Origin: Octopus sinensis
Lineage: Eukaryota
Direction: 5' to 3'
NCBI RefSeq assembly: GCF_006345805.1
Contig: NC_043003.1
Span: forward strand, 98,332,001 to 98,396,000
DNA length: 64,000 nt
Shown here: one piece after another, positions 1 through 13,700 of the stretch
Layout of the letters: each line of letters opens with the position of its first letter
How positions within the stretch are numbered: position 1 is the first letter of the stretch
Position numbers and translations under genes: made by a program
The notes under the pieces: model-generated
What the model was told of the DNA's origin: nothing
The model's database searches: none
The model's input: the letters and a program-made list of their open reading frames with translations, nothing else

Positions 1-110
1 TATAAAAATATGTGTAGGTGTGCTTGATTAATTGTCAGATTAACGTGAAGTATATGTTGAATTGAAAGATTATTGAATGAATATTAGATTGAGGTTATCA
101 CAGACAGATA

Positions 111-168
<58 letters not shown>

Positions 169-489
169 AAGATAATTAGTTGCAGAGAAACGTAGGATAT
201 AAAATTGAAATGTAAAGTGCTTGTGAGGGCGAGTGAAAGAAATAGTTTGGGAAGTATATGAATGCACATGTCTTTTGATTGTTAAAGATGCATTTCAGTC
301 TATGAAAACGTTGGTCCTTTAATATTTATTATTTAGGAATAGATTCATCAACGGTTTGCTAGGTCATGGAGAAAAAAACTAAGGTAGAATAATATTTTTG
401 AATCATTATATTAGCTATTTTGTTTGATATCTATGCAAAAATTTATAGCTGTTTATTAAAAATGGATGATTGTACTTCCATTTAAAGAA

Positions 490-790
490 GAGAAATGGGA
501 AAGGGAAAAGGACCCCTTTCGGTCATGAATAACCATAGGATTGCGCCTGGAAAATTACCCTCCGAGGCACAAGTCCGGGCAAGGCTGTTTATGGAAGACC
601 AACAGTCGCCCATGCATAACATCCTTCCCTCTCCACGCCACCGATGTTATCCAAAGGAAAGACAAAGGTCGATACAACTTGAAATCAGTGACATCGCAAC
701 TCATTTCAAAAGGTGAATGAACTGGAGCAACGTGAAATAAAGTGTCTTGCTCAAGAACACAGCACACAGCCCGTACAATTTATAATATTC
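490..790 (-). mobile_element. SINE family D copy (tRNA-derived SINE body)
   Basis: Reverse complement aligns by eye with 53975-54280 (gttcttgagcaagacactttatttcacgttgctccagttca ... ggtcattcatg). The 495-716 ORF is incidental. Confidence 0.7.
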
Positions 791-959
791 ATAAAATATT
801 TATTGTTTTCTTTACTATTGGGGATATTTATTCAGATACAAGTCTGCATTGCTGTAAAATTTATATGTCCCATATATCAGAAAAATAATAAACTATATCT
901 TTAAAATGTAGAGTCGCTGGGGCACTGAATTCAGATAGATGTCTTCGGCACTACTTAGA

Positions 960-1215
960 CCTGGCAGGACTCATCATTCTGTGAGTCTGACAACAGCAGA
1001 TTTCTTTCAGAAGAGCGACATGCAGACAAACAGAAAGAGAAGAATCGACTCCAGTACGGAAATAGTACATTATTTATCGATTCTGACAGGGTAGAAGGCA
1101 AAGCTGATCCGGCGGGATTTGAACTCAGTGCGTAGAGAAGTGGTAGGATTACTGCAGAGTAATCTATCCGATGCTTTAATGACTCTGCCAATGAATCGCT
1201 TATCCGTTCTTTACT
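960..1215 (-). mobile_element. Degenerate SINE family B copy
   Basis: gaaggcaaagctgatccggcgggatttgaactcag matches the reverse complement of the family B head seen intact at 40927-41143. Confidence 0.55.
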
Positions 1216-1514
1216 TACTCTGAAATAATCATTCACCCAAATATCTTTAGCAAATAACTTTATTCAACCCATATAACTAACAAAATACGACCAACTTAGT
1301 ACTAATCCTCAAAATATTTAAATAGATAAAAATGCAAAAGAGATATTATACACTGCATACACTGTCGGATATTTCATTGATCTTCATTTGAATTATCTGA
1401 CCTTGCAAAATATCGTAAATTCTGTCGCTCATCACTACAACTACAGTACAAAAGTTCATTACCATCAGCATTTTTATTTGTATTAAAATTATTGTTTTAA
1501 GTTATCAGCAATAC

Positions 1515-2715
1515 AAGGTTCGGTGGGTGTTTTAGGACACATTATCTGTATATTACCCTCTTCAAATTGATTTCTTTCAGATCCTCCGTGACAGATAGAA
1601 AGCTAACCCAAGAAAAGATATGCAATTATTGTTGCCGTGTGAATATAGAACACAGCGATTTAGGAATTGCCAACTTTCTAAACGTTGCAATTTCTTTTGT
1701 ACACAAAGTCTGGATGGACTTGGAAAATCCTCTAGCGGGAATGTTTAAACTGTATCAAGAAGTAAAATGAAAACAACAAAAACAAAAAGAACAACCAAAA
1801 AAACCAAAGCACAAACAAACAAAAAACGTTCTAACCGTTCGGAAACTATGAGGACATCACAATTCATTAAACATTCAAAACCTCGATGAAAATCCTGGAA
1901 AATCAATGAGGGCTATCGCTCGAGAATTGTAAATGTCGGAGTTGACTCTTTAGATTGTAGTGCCCGAGGTCTTTCGATATAAATCGTATGTCGTGAGGGA
2001 AAGCCAGTTCATGTTTGTAAAAACAGAAAACCATTTGATCTGTACCAAGCGGTTATTTAACAATGTTTTAAACCGTCACGAACATGACATGTTCTGATTC
2101 TTCTTTGATGACCAAGCCCAAAAGCCTATCGAAAGAAACAACAGATGGTTATGGCAGATGATCCTGACGTTCCCAGAGTGATGAACACCAAGTTTCCGGC
2201 AGCTGTGATGGTTTTAGGTGTGGTCACATCTTTCAACATGGTTTTAGAATTAACACTGCTGGACACGTTGCGGTGCTAGAGATAGATATTAAGTCTTGTT
2301 TGTATGAAGTACGCTGAAGAAGGCTACACGTTTCAACAAGATCCGGTACCTCTCTACAAAGCTCACTTAAGCTAAGAAGCGGATGTCAGACAATCTTTAC
2401 AATCATCCTAAAACTCGCTAGATTTAAATGCCATAGACCACTACGTTTGAAGTGTTGCTGAAAGAGAAACTAATCGACATCCTCACAATACCATAGCTTC
2501 AAAGGCGGCTGATATTGTCTAGGTGATGTCCGAAATGAATAAGGACTATTTAGTCTCCTATTGAAGCAGTCATCGATGCTGAAGCTGGATTCAGAGAATA
2601 CACTTATCAGAACTTTTATTGAGAACAAATACACACATTTTTATTGAAATATATTAGGTTTCTGCAAGATCAAAATTGTCTTATTTAATTAACAGACATG
2701 TCCTCAAATATCCCT
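1515..2715 (+). pseudogene. Decayed Tc1/mariner superfamily transposase, maT/DD37D-like
   Basis: Frameshifted translation gives LTQEK...EHSDLGIANFLNVA (HTH region), RWL..DPDVPRVMNTKFPAAVMVLGVV, YTFQQD and LDLNAIDHYV*SVAERETNRHPHNT (SPDLNPLDY-like catalytic motif). Weak TIR similarity at the ends. Confidence 0.75.
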
Positions 2716-2744
2716 CGCACTTAGATTAATTTTCTTTTCTGTAT

Positions 2745-2830
2745 ATGTAGGCACATAGCCTAATGGTTAAGTGCGTTAAACTCACGAACTTCAGGTAGTG
2801 GGTTCAATTCTAGGTCCGGTCAGGCGGCTC
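2745..2830 (+). mobile_element. tRNA-like SINE head
   Basis: A-box-like tagcctaatggttaag and B-box-like gggttcaattct, but no complete cloverleaf. Confidence 0.45.
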
Positions 2831-3316
2831 ATTTTGTTCTTGCTCAAAATGCTTCATTTTATGTTGCTCCTCTTCATTTAGGCGTAAAACTGAGCACCAG
2901 CGACAGCTAATGGTTATAATATGGTTAATCCTGCTACAAGCTGGTAACTCATTTAGGAGCGCGAGGAGACTCTTGTATTTCAGTTCCTTAAACGTCACGA
3001 AAACTGGGATAGTCTGTGGCGAAATGATTTCGTAGGCTCGAAACACACTTCAACTTAACTGTAAGTCTGAAGTTGTTATTTTTTTAACGTAAAATCACTT
3101 TTCAATAATTCTAACCCAATAAAACGATTGTGTTAACTATATCACATTTCATAAATTATCATTAAAATTATCGGTAACTAAATATTTTTCATTCTCCAGT
3201 TACCACAGTCGCAATTAATTTGGTTATAAATTAGTTCTGCATGAGAAAAATTTTAAGACGCAAAACAAAATTAAATTTTAGCCTAATAAGCAGTACCCCG
3301 CCAAGATTATTACTCG

Positions 3317-3384
<68 letters not shown>

Positions 3385-3388
<4 letters not shown>

Positions 3389-3600
3389 TTTTATTCTTTT
3401 ACTTGTTTCACACATTTGACTGCGGCCATGCTGGAGCATGACCGTAAAGAGCTTTTTGGTTAAAAAAAACGACTCCAAGACCTACTGTTTATAAGCCTAA
3501 TAGTTATTATATCGTTCTCTTTTGCTGAACTACTAAGTTACGAAGGTTTAAACACATGAGTATCGGTTATCAAATGATGGGGGTGGGGGACAACATAGAC
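3385..3600 (-). mobile_element. SINE family A, 3' half
   Basis: ttcttttacttgtttcacacatttgactgcggccatgctggagca is the reverse complement of the 3' tail of the full copy at 39434-39843. Confidence 0.8.
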
Positions 3601-3651
3601 ATAGACACACACAAATATACACACATTCATACATGTGTGTGTCTATATATG

Positions 3652-3732
<81 letters not shown>

Positions 3733-3776
3733 GCATGTATATACATATCTATATCTATCTATCTATCTATCTATCT

Positions 3777-3829
<53 letters not shown>

Positions 3830-3902
3830 ATTATGCATATATATCTGTATGTATCTATATATATATATATATTATATATATATATATAGATATATATATA
3901 TA

Positions 3903-3937
<35 letters not shown>

Positions 3938-3943
<6 letters not shown>

Positions 3944-4130
3944 ACATTATATAAAAGGGCTTAGTAAAATAAATTACTTTGCCGCATACTGAACTCGTTA
4001 GAAATAGCAGCTAAAAAAACTATTTCTAACACTTTAAGTGTTAGAAATAGTTTTTTTAGCTGCTATTTCTAACGAGTTCAGTATGCGGCAAAGTAATTTA
4101 TTTACTAAGCCCTTTTATATAATGTAATAA
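3938..4130. repeat. Near-perfect palindrome with ~95-bp arms
   Basis: tattacattatataaaagggcttagtaaaa...tatttctaacac tttaa gtgttagaaata...tttactaagcccttttatataatgtaataa; preceded by (TA)n. Confidence 0.9.
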
Positions 4131-4223
4131 TTTGAATTTGCCTTAAATGGTCCCTTTGCATACTGAATACTTGGTGAAATTGATTAATTAATTAATTAAT
4201 TTTACCCTCAATTGTTGAAATAT

Positions 4224-4286
<63 letters not shown>

Positions 4287-4299
4287 ATATATATATATA

Positions 4300-4335
4300 T
4301 ACATTTGGTAGACGGAAACTCAAAGAAGCCCGTCG

Positions 4336-4371
<36 letters not shown>

Positions 4372-4650
4372 CACGTGTGTATATATGTGTCTGTGCCCCC
4401 CACCCCACCCAACATCGCTTGACAACCGATGCTGGTGTGTTTACGTCACCATAACTTAGCGGTTCAGCACACACACACATATACGACGGGCTTCTTTGAG
4501 TTTCCGTCTACCAAATTCACTCACAAGGCTTTGTTCGGCCCGAGACAATAGTTGGAGGAACTTGCCCAAGGTGCCACGCAGTGGGACTGATCCCGGAACC
4601 ATGTGATTGGTAAGCAAGCTACCTATCACAAAGCCACTCCTGCGCCTGTA
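4300..4650 (-). mobile_element. SINE family A copy (rearranged)
   Basis: cttgcccaaggtgccacgcagtgggactgatcccggaaccatgtg...gccactcctgcgcct is the reverse complement of the family A tRNA-like head. Confidence 0.8.
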
Positions 4651-4836
4651 TGTATACTACAAACCTCAGTTAACATTAATTTACCACAGACCATAAATTC
4701 TAATATGCTATAATTTGTAATAAAGTATTTATGGTACAATAGTTTGACATAAATCTTTATAATAATGAAAGAGTTTATAATGAAAACAAACCCAATGATG
4801 ATGATGATCATGGTGGTGATGATGATGATGATGATG

Positions 4837-4873
<37 letters not shown>

Positions 4874-4925
4874 CAACAACAACAACACAACAACAACAAC
4901 AATAATAATAATAATAATAATAATA

Positions 4926-4964
<39 letters not shown>

Positions 4965-5420
4965 TAATAACCCTTTCTACTATAGGCACAAGGCCCGAAG
5001 TTTGGGGAGAGGAATAGCCGATTACATCGATCCCAGCACTACTCAACTGGTACTTAATGTATCGACCCCGAAACGATGGAAGGCAAAGCTGATATCGGTG
5101 GAATTTGAACTTAGAATGTAAACACGGACGTAATGCCGCTAAGCATTTCGCATGCTAACGAATCTACCAGCTCGCTGCCTTAACGATAATAATAATAATA
5201 ATAATCTATTCTATTAAATGCACAAGGTTTGAAATTTTGGAGGAGCGGACTAGTCGATTACATCAACCCTAGTGTTTCAACCGTATTTAATTTATTGACC
5301 TCGAAAGAATGAAAGGCCAAATCGACGTCGACGTAATTTGAACTCAGAACGTAAAGACGGATGAAATGCCACTAAGCAGTTGGCCCGGTGTGCTGACGAT
5401 TCTGCCAGCTCGCCACCTTA
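4965..5420 (-). mobile_element. Two SINE family B copies
   Basis: Both show gaaggcaaag...gaatttgaact(t/c)agaa...ctgccagctcgc, flanked by (AAT)n. Confidence 0.75.
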
Positions 5421-5459
5421 ATATTAACAATAATGATAATAATAATAATAATAGTAAAT

Positions 5460-5935
5460 GCCCTGATGCAGTACCAGGCAATGGCTCTCATGGCTTTTTA
5501 TCTTAACTGATTGGAAGTGTTATCATGTACATTGTTTTGTCTTAGTATAAAAGTTACAGCAAATATTCTGCTCAATATCACAGATTTGCTTGTCAGTTGT
5601 ATCACCTTAGCCAGTTGAGCATGTCCCTCAGTGGGTGACGATAGGTGCATCACTGATCACGAATAGCTATTTGTTGAGATTTATTTTGGGGGGTTTGGAT
5701 AATCCACTTTTGGAAACGTGGGTGTTTCGTTCAACATTCTCAAGCAACCGTTTTGAACGCGATGGGCTACTCGATCTGAAGAAAATTCTAACTGGGCCCT
5801 CACTTGCAAAGTTTTGCGCTGTATATCTTGATATGTGATAACCGTGTCACGCACATATGGTTGTGACTGGTAGTTATGATGGGTATACTGGACTTCGTAT
5901 ATTTGTGCCACAGCATCACTTTGATAGTGTGTGCA
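5460..5935. mobile_element. Interspersed repeat family C (~550 bp, non-coding)
   Basis: Starts cctgatgcagtaccaggcaatggctctcatggc; aligns with 29675-30220 and 30885-31185; adjacent to (AAT)n. Confidence 0.7.
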
Positions 5936-6038
5936 CAAAAAAAGTTATAACACATCGTTTCTTCTATAAACACAAGGTCTGAAGTTTGGCTGAAGGGAAC
6001 AAATCGATTACATCAACTGCAATGGAAGTAGTAGTGGT

Positions 6039-6120
<82 letters not shown>

Positions 6121-6939
6121 ATTAATTCTTTTATTAGCCACAAGGGCTTACATAAAACAACATAAAATGACGTGACAACATAAAAGACCATACAAGACGA
6201 GACAAAGTGTTTTGCAGCGCGTAAACATTTGAAAACAATAAAAAAATTAAATATCATGAATCTACCAATAGGAGAGGCACTTTAAAGGTACTCGTGGAAA
6301 AAAACCCACCAAAGACACGGGTACCTGATCAACAGAGCAAGAGCCCTTCTTTTATTTCTTCACATGTGTACGCTCAGAATTTGGTCCTTCCCATTGGCTA
6401 TTCTTCCAACATTCACCCACCTTTCAACAAGCTTGCTAGGAAGCAACACTCCCCTCTCCACCCTCAACTTCATTTTCAAATGACCGTTATACAAAGGGAA
6501 ATTACTATGTTATTGACCGCTATTAAGACAAAAGAGCTATTCGAATGACCGCTAAGTAAGGTAAGGTTCATAGTATTCGCGTAAACGGTCCTGTTCATAC
6601 CTACACATACGCGCCCGCACACCCACGTACGTACGCATACATTCATCCACCCTCACGAGAAAAACGTACACATCTTCCTTCGCATCCTTTGCCAAATGTA
6701 TATGCATATCCATACAAACCCCCCACACAAATGCATATACATTTGGCGAAGGATGCGAGTGAAGATGTGCACGTTTTTCTAGTGAGGATGAATGTAGGCG
6801 CACGCACGTAATTTAATTTTTTCGCAAATAGAGTTACGATGTTTTCTAATAGCTTTTCTCAATGTTAGGATTTTTCCATTTGACATTTGATAGCCGTTAC
6901 TTTTAGCTTACTTTACAAGAAAACTGCGCATAATTTTGT

Positions 6940-7570
6940 TTACAGGTGTTAGTTCAGTGACAATTTTAACATGACGTGCAAAAACGAACATTTTCGCCAA
7001 ATTTTACTTTTTTTATTTCCGTAAAGGCAAGAAAGCTGCTGAAGCTCACAAAGAGATACGTGAAGTTTATGGTGTTGATTGCTTAACAGAACGCATATGA
7101 CAGAAATGGTTTTTAAAATTCCGTCAAAGATGCCCAACGTTCTAGTCGACCTACTGAAGTTGATGATGACATAATCAAAGTCACAATTGAATCTGATTGC
7201 CATATAATTGTGCAAGAGATTGCAGAGAGGTTAAATGTCTCACACACAACAATTGAAAACCCCATAAAATATCTTGAACTCGTTAAGAAGCTCAATATTT
7301 GGGCACCGCATAAATTGAAAGAGATTAGCTTAACACGAGGAATTAATATTTGCGATATGCATCTCAAACGCAATGAAATCGACCTGTTTTTGAAACGAAT
7401 CATCACTGGTGGTGAAAAATGGATTTTTCTACAATAACATCAATCGAAAACGATCTTGGACCAAGCTGAATTGCATAAAAAAGAGGTCATGCTGTCGATT
7501 TGGTGGGATTACAAAGGTGTATATTTTCAGCTGCTTCCAAGGAACCAAACGATCTATTCAGATGTTTCAG
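6940..7570 (+). pseudogene. Decayed mariner transposase (DD34D type)
   Basis: MTCKNEHFRQILLF..RKGKKAAEAHKEIREVYG...; MQEIAERLNVSHTTIENPIKYLELVKKLNIWAPHKLKE...LKRIITGGEKWI; KEVMLSIWWDYKGV. WVPH-like and TGDEKW-like mariner motifs, with frameshifts and deletions. Confidence 0.9.
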
Positions 7571-7787
7571 TATTTAGGAGAAATACAAGTTTATGTTATT
7601 GTTTCCATATGGCTGTTTGCAGCACTACAAAAGATAATTCAAGTGCATTTAGGTGGTCAACCACAGCGAATCATCAAGGAACACTATTGCATTAGGTTAC
7701 ACACACACACACACGTACACACACACATATATATGTACATATCTATATATGAATATGTATGTATATATATATATATATATATATATA

Positions 7788-7963
7788 AGGGAAAGTTTAT
7801 GAAAATAAACAAAAGACGAAGGCAGGTGGTGTACAAACAAACAAATGTATTAGTATAGCGCTCAGGAATAGAAAAAGTCTTTTACATTTCGAGCCTACGC
7901 TCTTCTACAGAAAGATACACAGAAAAAAACAAGGGGAGAAAACAATGTGTGTAGTAGCTAACG

Positions 7964-7965
<2 letters not shown>
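7788..7965 (-). mobile_element. PLE terminal-repeat-like element carrying a hammerhead-like motif (A6U core)
   Basis: Same family as 24350-24575, 37675-37905, 45330-45680 and 58605-58805. Minus strand reads TCTTT CTGTAGA A GAGC GTAG GCTC GAAAT GTA AAAGA. Confidence 0.6.
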
Positions 7966-8005
<40 letters not shown>

Positions 8006-8019
8006 ATTTCTATATATTT

Positions 8020-8375
8020 ATATATATAATATGACCAAAAACTGCGTGTACTCCATCCCATGCAGCTGTGGTACGTTATACAAAGGCGAAACATACCGCC
8101 CCCTCAAAATAAGGATAGAGGAACATCGCAAAGCTGTGATACAAGGAGATATTGATAAATCGGGTATAGCTGATCATATATGCAAAAATGGAGACCACCT
8201 ATCCCTGTGGGATGAAGTTAAAATAATAGACATAGAACACCACTGGAAAATACGAAAACTAAAAGAAGCAGCACATATGCTAGGACACAACAATCTCCGA
8301 AGCAGACCGAGTGCAGAAATGAATAGCACATGGGAACCGGTACTAAGGAAGGCTAGGAAATTATTAGATTTATAA
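8020..8375 (+). mobile_element. Penelope-like element 3' fragment: GIY-YIG endonuclease (Penelope/Poseidon-like)
   Basis: NCVYSIPCSCGTLYKGETYRPLKIRIEEHRKAV...SGIADH...RKLKEAAHM matches the GIY-YIG plus CCHH pattern of PLE endonucleases; 5'-truncated at a microsatellite. Confidence 0.9.
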
Positions 8376-8397
8376 GCCCTTCATAATTGCCCATTAG

Positions 8398-8520
8398 GCA
8401 TATGGCGTAGTGGTTAAGAACGCGCGCTACTAAATCCAAGATACCGAGTTCGATTCCAGGCAGTGACCTAAATAATAATATTAATATTAATAATAATATC
8501 GAAAAATACATTAGGAATGA
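8398..8520 (+). mobile_element. tRNA-derived SINE (family E)
   Basis: ggcatatggcgtagtggttaagaacgcg...gagttcgattccaggcag has A and B boxes, followed by an AAT-rich body rather than an acceptor stem. Confidence 0.6.
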
Positions 8521-8738
8521 AAATATAATTATTTATTCCTTTGTCATTGTAATTTCCTATTACTGCTCTGTACCCCATTGACGTATCGTTCGGAATCATT
8601 TGTATATTGAACTCTAACACCAGGTTATTTGTATCGCTAAACCTAAGCGAAATGTCTGTCTGTCTATCTATCTGTCTGTCTGTCAACCGACCTATCTATC
8701 TGCCTGCCTGTCTCTCTATCTATCAGTCTGTCTATCTA

Positions 8739-8773
<35 letters not shown>

Positions 8774-9584
8774 ATCAACCGACCTCTCTATCTGCCTGTC
8801 TGTCTATCTGCCTTTCTCTCTGTCTCTCTGTCTATCTATCTATCTAATTGTCTGTCTATCTCTCTTTATATATATATATATATATATGCAGGTATACTAA
8901 CGTACTTATGTAAAGACGTATATTCGTCCCTCTCTCTATATATATATGTGTATTGTCAAGTAAGATCAAGACCATATATTTATGGAAGTAGTAAGTTACA
9001 TTAATATAATACAGAATATTTATAAGACTCTTTATAAGACTGATAAACACTATCACCCGTTCCAGTTTCCATCCACCGAAACAATCACATTATATACAGA
9101 ATGTAACTTTAATATTGCACGAGAAAATTAGCCGAGATCTAACAAACGAGATAAATAAACATGTAAACAAATTAACATAAAGAACAACAAATATACACAA
9201 AGAAGATGAATATGGTAAAATGAATATGGTAAAAAAAAAAACGAAAAAAATTAGGAAAATAGCTGTAATAGGCATGTGGGTTTATAGAAGATATTTTGAA
9301 AATATGTATCAGGACGTTTTCTGAATTCTGGGCAAAGAGGAAATTATACTTTGCCTCTAATGCCCCAAGGTTTTCCCATCTTGAGAAAAGTATTATTAAT
9401 TTTATCATTGATATTGTTGCTGTTCTTGTAAGCATTTTCTTCGTCATCACCATGATATACTTACTATCTGTAGATGTGTGATCAAATGAAAATTGATTCA
9501 TATCTCCTTACCTCCTTTATTCACTTAGTAACGAACTGTCAGTCATTCGTTCCATCATTCAGTATTCCCTTGTTTGTCTTTATG

Positions 9585-10023
<439 letters not shown>

Positions 10024-10814
10024 ATATATACATTTCTCTCTCTCTCTCTCTAAAAATATATGTAAATATATGCGTATATGCAAGTGTGTCTGTGTGTGAT
10101 TGTGTGTAAATGAGTTTGTGCGTACGTGCCTGAAAATTTAAATATAAATGTATGCAGCCATACATATATATATACAAATGTATGGTATACAACTTCTCTA
10201 AAATTAGGCTCTACATTAAATAAAGAAACATAAACGTATACTCAGGAGGGAATACACACGTAGAAATCTCAATATCTAATTCTACACTCATACCTATTTA
10301 CAAAATGCTGCACGATCTTTAAGATGAATATAACAATTTTAAAAAAATGTGTTCTTATATGTGTGTACTATGTATACAAGCAAGTATATATATTAATGTA
10401 TATAAGAAATAACTACAGTGCTCCAGCATGGCCGCGCGCAAATAACTGAAACAAGTAAAAGAATAAAAGCATAAATGCATATGCATTTATATATATATAT
10501 ATATATATACATATATGTGTGTGTGTATGTGTGTGCGTATGCGTGTGTGTATGTGTGTGTGTGTATATATATATAGATATGTGTGTGTGTGTGTGTATGT
10601 ATATATATATATGTGTGTGTGTGTGTGTATATGTGTTTGCGTATAAATATGTATGTGTGTTTGTATGAGTATATATGTATGTATGTATATACACATAAAT
10701 ACATATGTAGACAGAGAAAGAGAGAGAGAGAGTGAAAAAGAGTAGATATGTGCACACACAGGTATGTAAATATAGATATACTCAAGTACAAACAGGCGTA
10801 TATTATATAATATA

Positions 10815-10864
<50 letters not shown>

Positions 10865-11309
10865 TGTATATGTATGTTATTGGTGAGTGTGTCAGAATAC
10901 GTTACACTGTAAGGTACATTGGCATCACTGAAAGCAAAGTCAATATGAATATATAAATATATACACACTCATCTATATATATATATATATATATAGTGTG
11001 TGTGTGTGGTGTTGGTGTGTGTGTATAATCATATATAGTGGCGGGTGTGTGTATGTATACATATACATACCCTTTTATGTATATATATATAAATGTATAT
11101 ATATATATGTATATATATGTAGATATATATATATATATATGCACACATAAAATCACATGTATAGATATAAATGTTTGTACAAATATATATATATACGCAC
11201 GCGTGTATGTATGCCTGTATTAAGAGTATACGTACACACATGTATATGGAAGAATATATTCTTTGTATGTATATATTTATTTATACGTAGGTGTATATAT
11301 GTGTGTATA

Positions 11310-11351
<42 letters not shown>

Positions 11352-11461
11352 CATATATGTCTATATATTTATATATTTATATGTGTATATTTGCATTTAT
11401 ATATTATATATATTATATATGTATATACGCATACACACACACATATATACATATATATATG

Positions 11462-11514
<53 letters not shown>

Positions 11515-11738
11515 ATATTATATATACTGTATGTATGTATGTATGTATGTATGTATATATCGCTTTGCAACAATGTTACTGACATATCTCTAAAGTAAGA
11601 ACGCATTTAGACAATGGAAATGTTTTTGGCCACTCACGGCAATACGTGACGTCAGGATAATTCGACAGTAGCTTTAGATATTAATAACCTAAATGATTAT
11701 ATTAGGATTTTTACATAGTTTTTTCTTTATTATCATCA

Positions 11739-11780
<42 letters not shown>

Positions 11781-12217
11781 TATTATTATATTATTATTAT
11801 TACCAGATACATTTTTCGTTTTGTTTTATGATTTTTGCCTTTTGATATTTTTTCCCCGTCTTATATTTTCTCTCCTACCTCTACCCACGTCATTCTCCAT
11901 CTACCACACCATGAAACCCCCAATCCGACATCTACGCCGCACTGTAAACTGTTATGTTGTACTCTACATTACCATGAATATATGATTTATTATATTTCAT
12001 GGAAGTTCAGATGGATACTAATTTCAGAATACATCTGTAGTGGCTTTCATGGCGATTTTAAGAAATATATGTAAGCATTCTCACCCTGTCGCTCTGCTTT
12101 TCTCCTTCTCGGCATTTCTCTCTCTCTCAGTCATACATATATACAAAGATATATGCACACACACACACAGACACACACACACACACACACTCTTTCTTTC
12201 TCTCTATCAAACACACA

Positions 12218-12283
<66 letters not shown>

Positions 12284-12350
12284 TATATGTGTATATATGT
12301 ATATATATATGTATATATATATATATGTATAAATATAATGTAATATATAT

Positions 12351-12381
<31 letters not shown>

Positions 12382-12571
12382 ATACATTTACATCAATATA
12401 TGCATATATATTCATATATATCATAAACAATAAGATAGATATCTATATAGATAAATATACATGCATACAGACAGATATATAGATAGATTGATAAATAGAT
12501 AGACTGATGGATAGATGGTTAGATAGACAGATAAGTAGACTGATGTGTGTATGTGTGTGTGTATCTATATG

Positions 12572-12637
<66 letters not shown>

Positions 12638-12914
12638 ATATATGTTAATATATATCGTTGTCTATTATTGAGCTATTAGCCAGTATCGCATAAGGCGCAG
12701 TTTGCTAAATTTGGGCAGTTGATCATGATGAATTAGGCATCGGAACCTGCATCAACGCCATCCCACAGTCAGGAATGATTTCTCTTTCGTTTAACTGAGC
12801 AACTGAGTTGTCAAATGGTGCTGACGGCTATAAACCCAATCGAAACACACATTGGCCCTTGTGTATGTGTTTTACGTGTGATATATATATATATATGTGT
12901 ATTATATGTATAGA

Positions 12915-13039
12915 TGCGTCTTGTATATATGTATTCTCTTTCTCTTTTACTTGTTTCAGTCATTTGACTGCGGCCAGCAATAATAGAGAGACAAACACAG
13001 ACACAAACACACACACACACACACACCACACACACACAA

Positions 13040-13126
<87 letters not shown>

Positions 13127-13295
13127 CATATATACATATATACGACAGGCTTTCAGTTTCCGTCTACCAAATCCACTCACAAGGCATTGGTCAGCCCGGG
13201 GCTATAGCAGGAGACACTTGGCCAAGATGCCACGCAGGAGGACTGAACCCGGAGCCATGTGGTTGGTTAGCAAGCTACTTACTACACAGCCACTC
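12915..13295 (-). mobile_element. SINE family A copy with expanded internal (CA)n
   Basis: 3' tail at 12940-12980 and head at 13140-13285. Confidence 0.8.
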
Positions 13296-13317
13296 CTGCG
13301 CCTATATATATACTTCT

Positions 13318-13700
<383 letters not shown>

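Noticed and set aside
8398-8470. tRNA gene (also 2745-2830 and the SINE A/B/D heads)
   Set aside because: A/B boxes are present but there is no acceptor-stem pairing or T-run terminator, and each continues into a SINE body.
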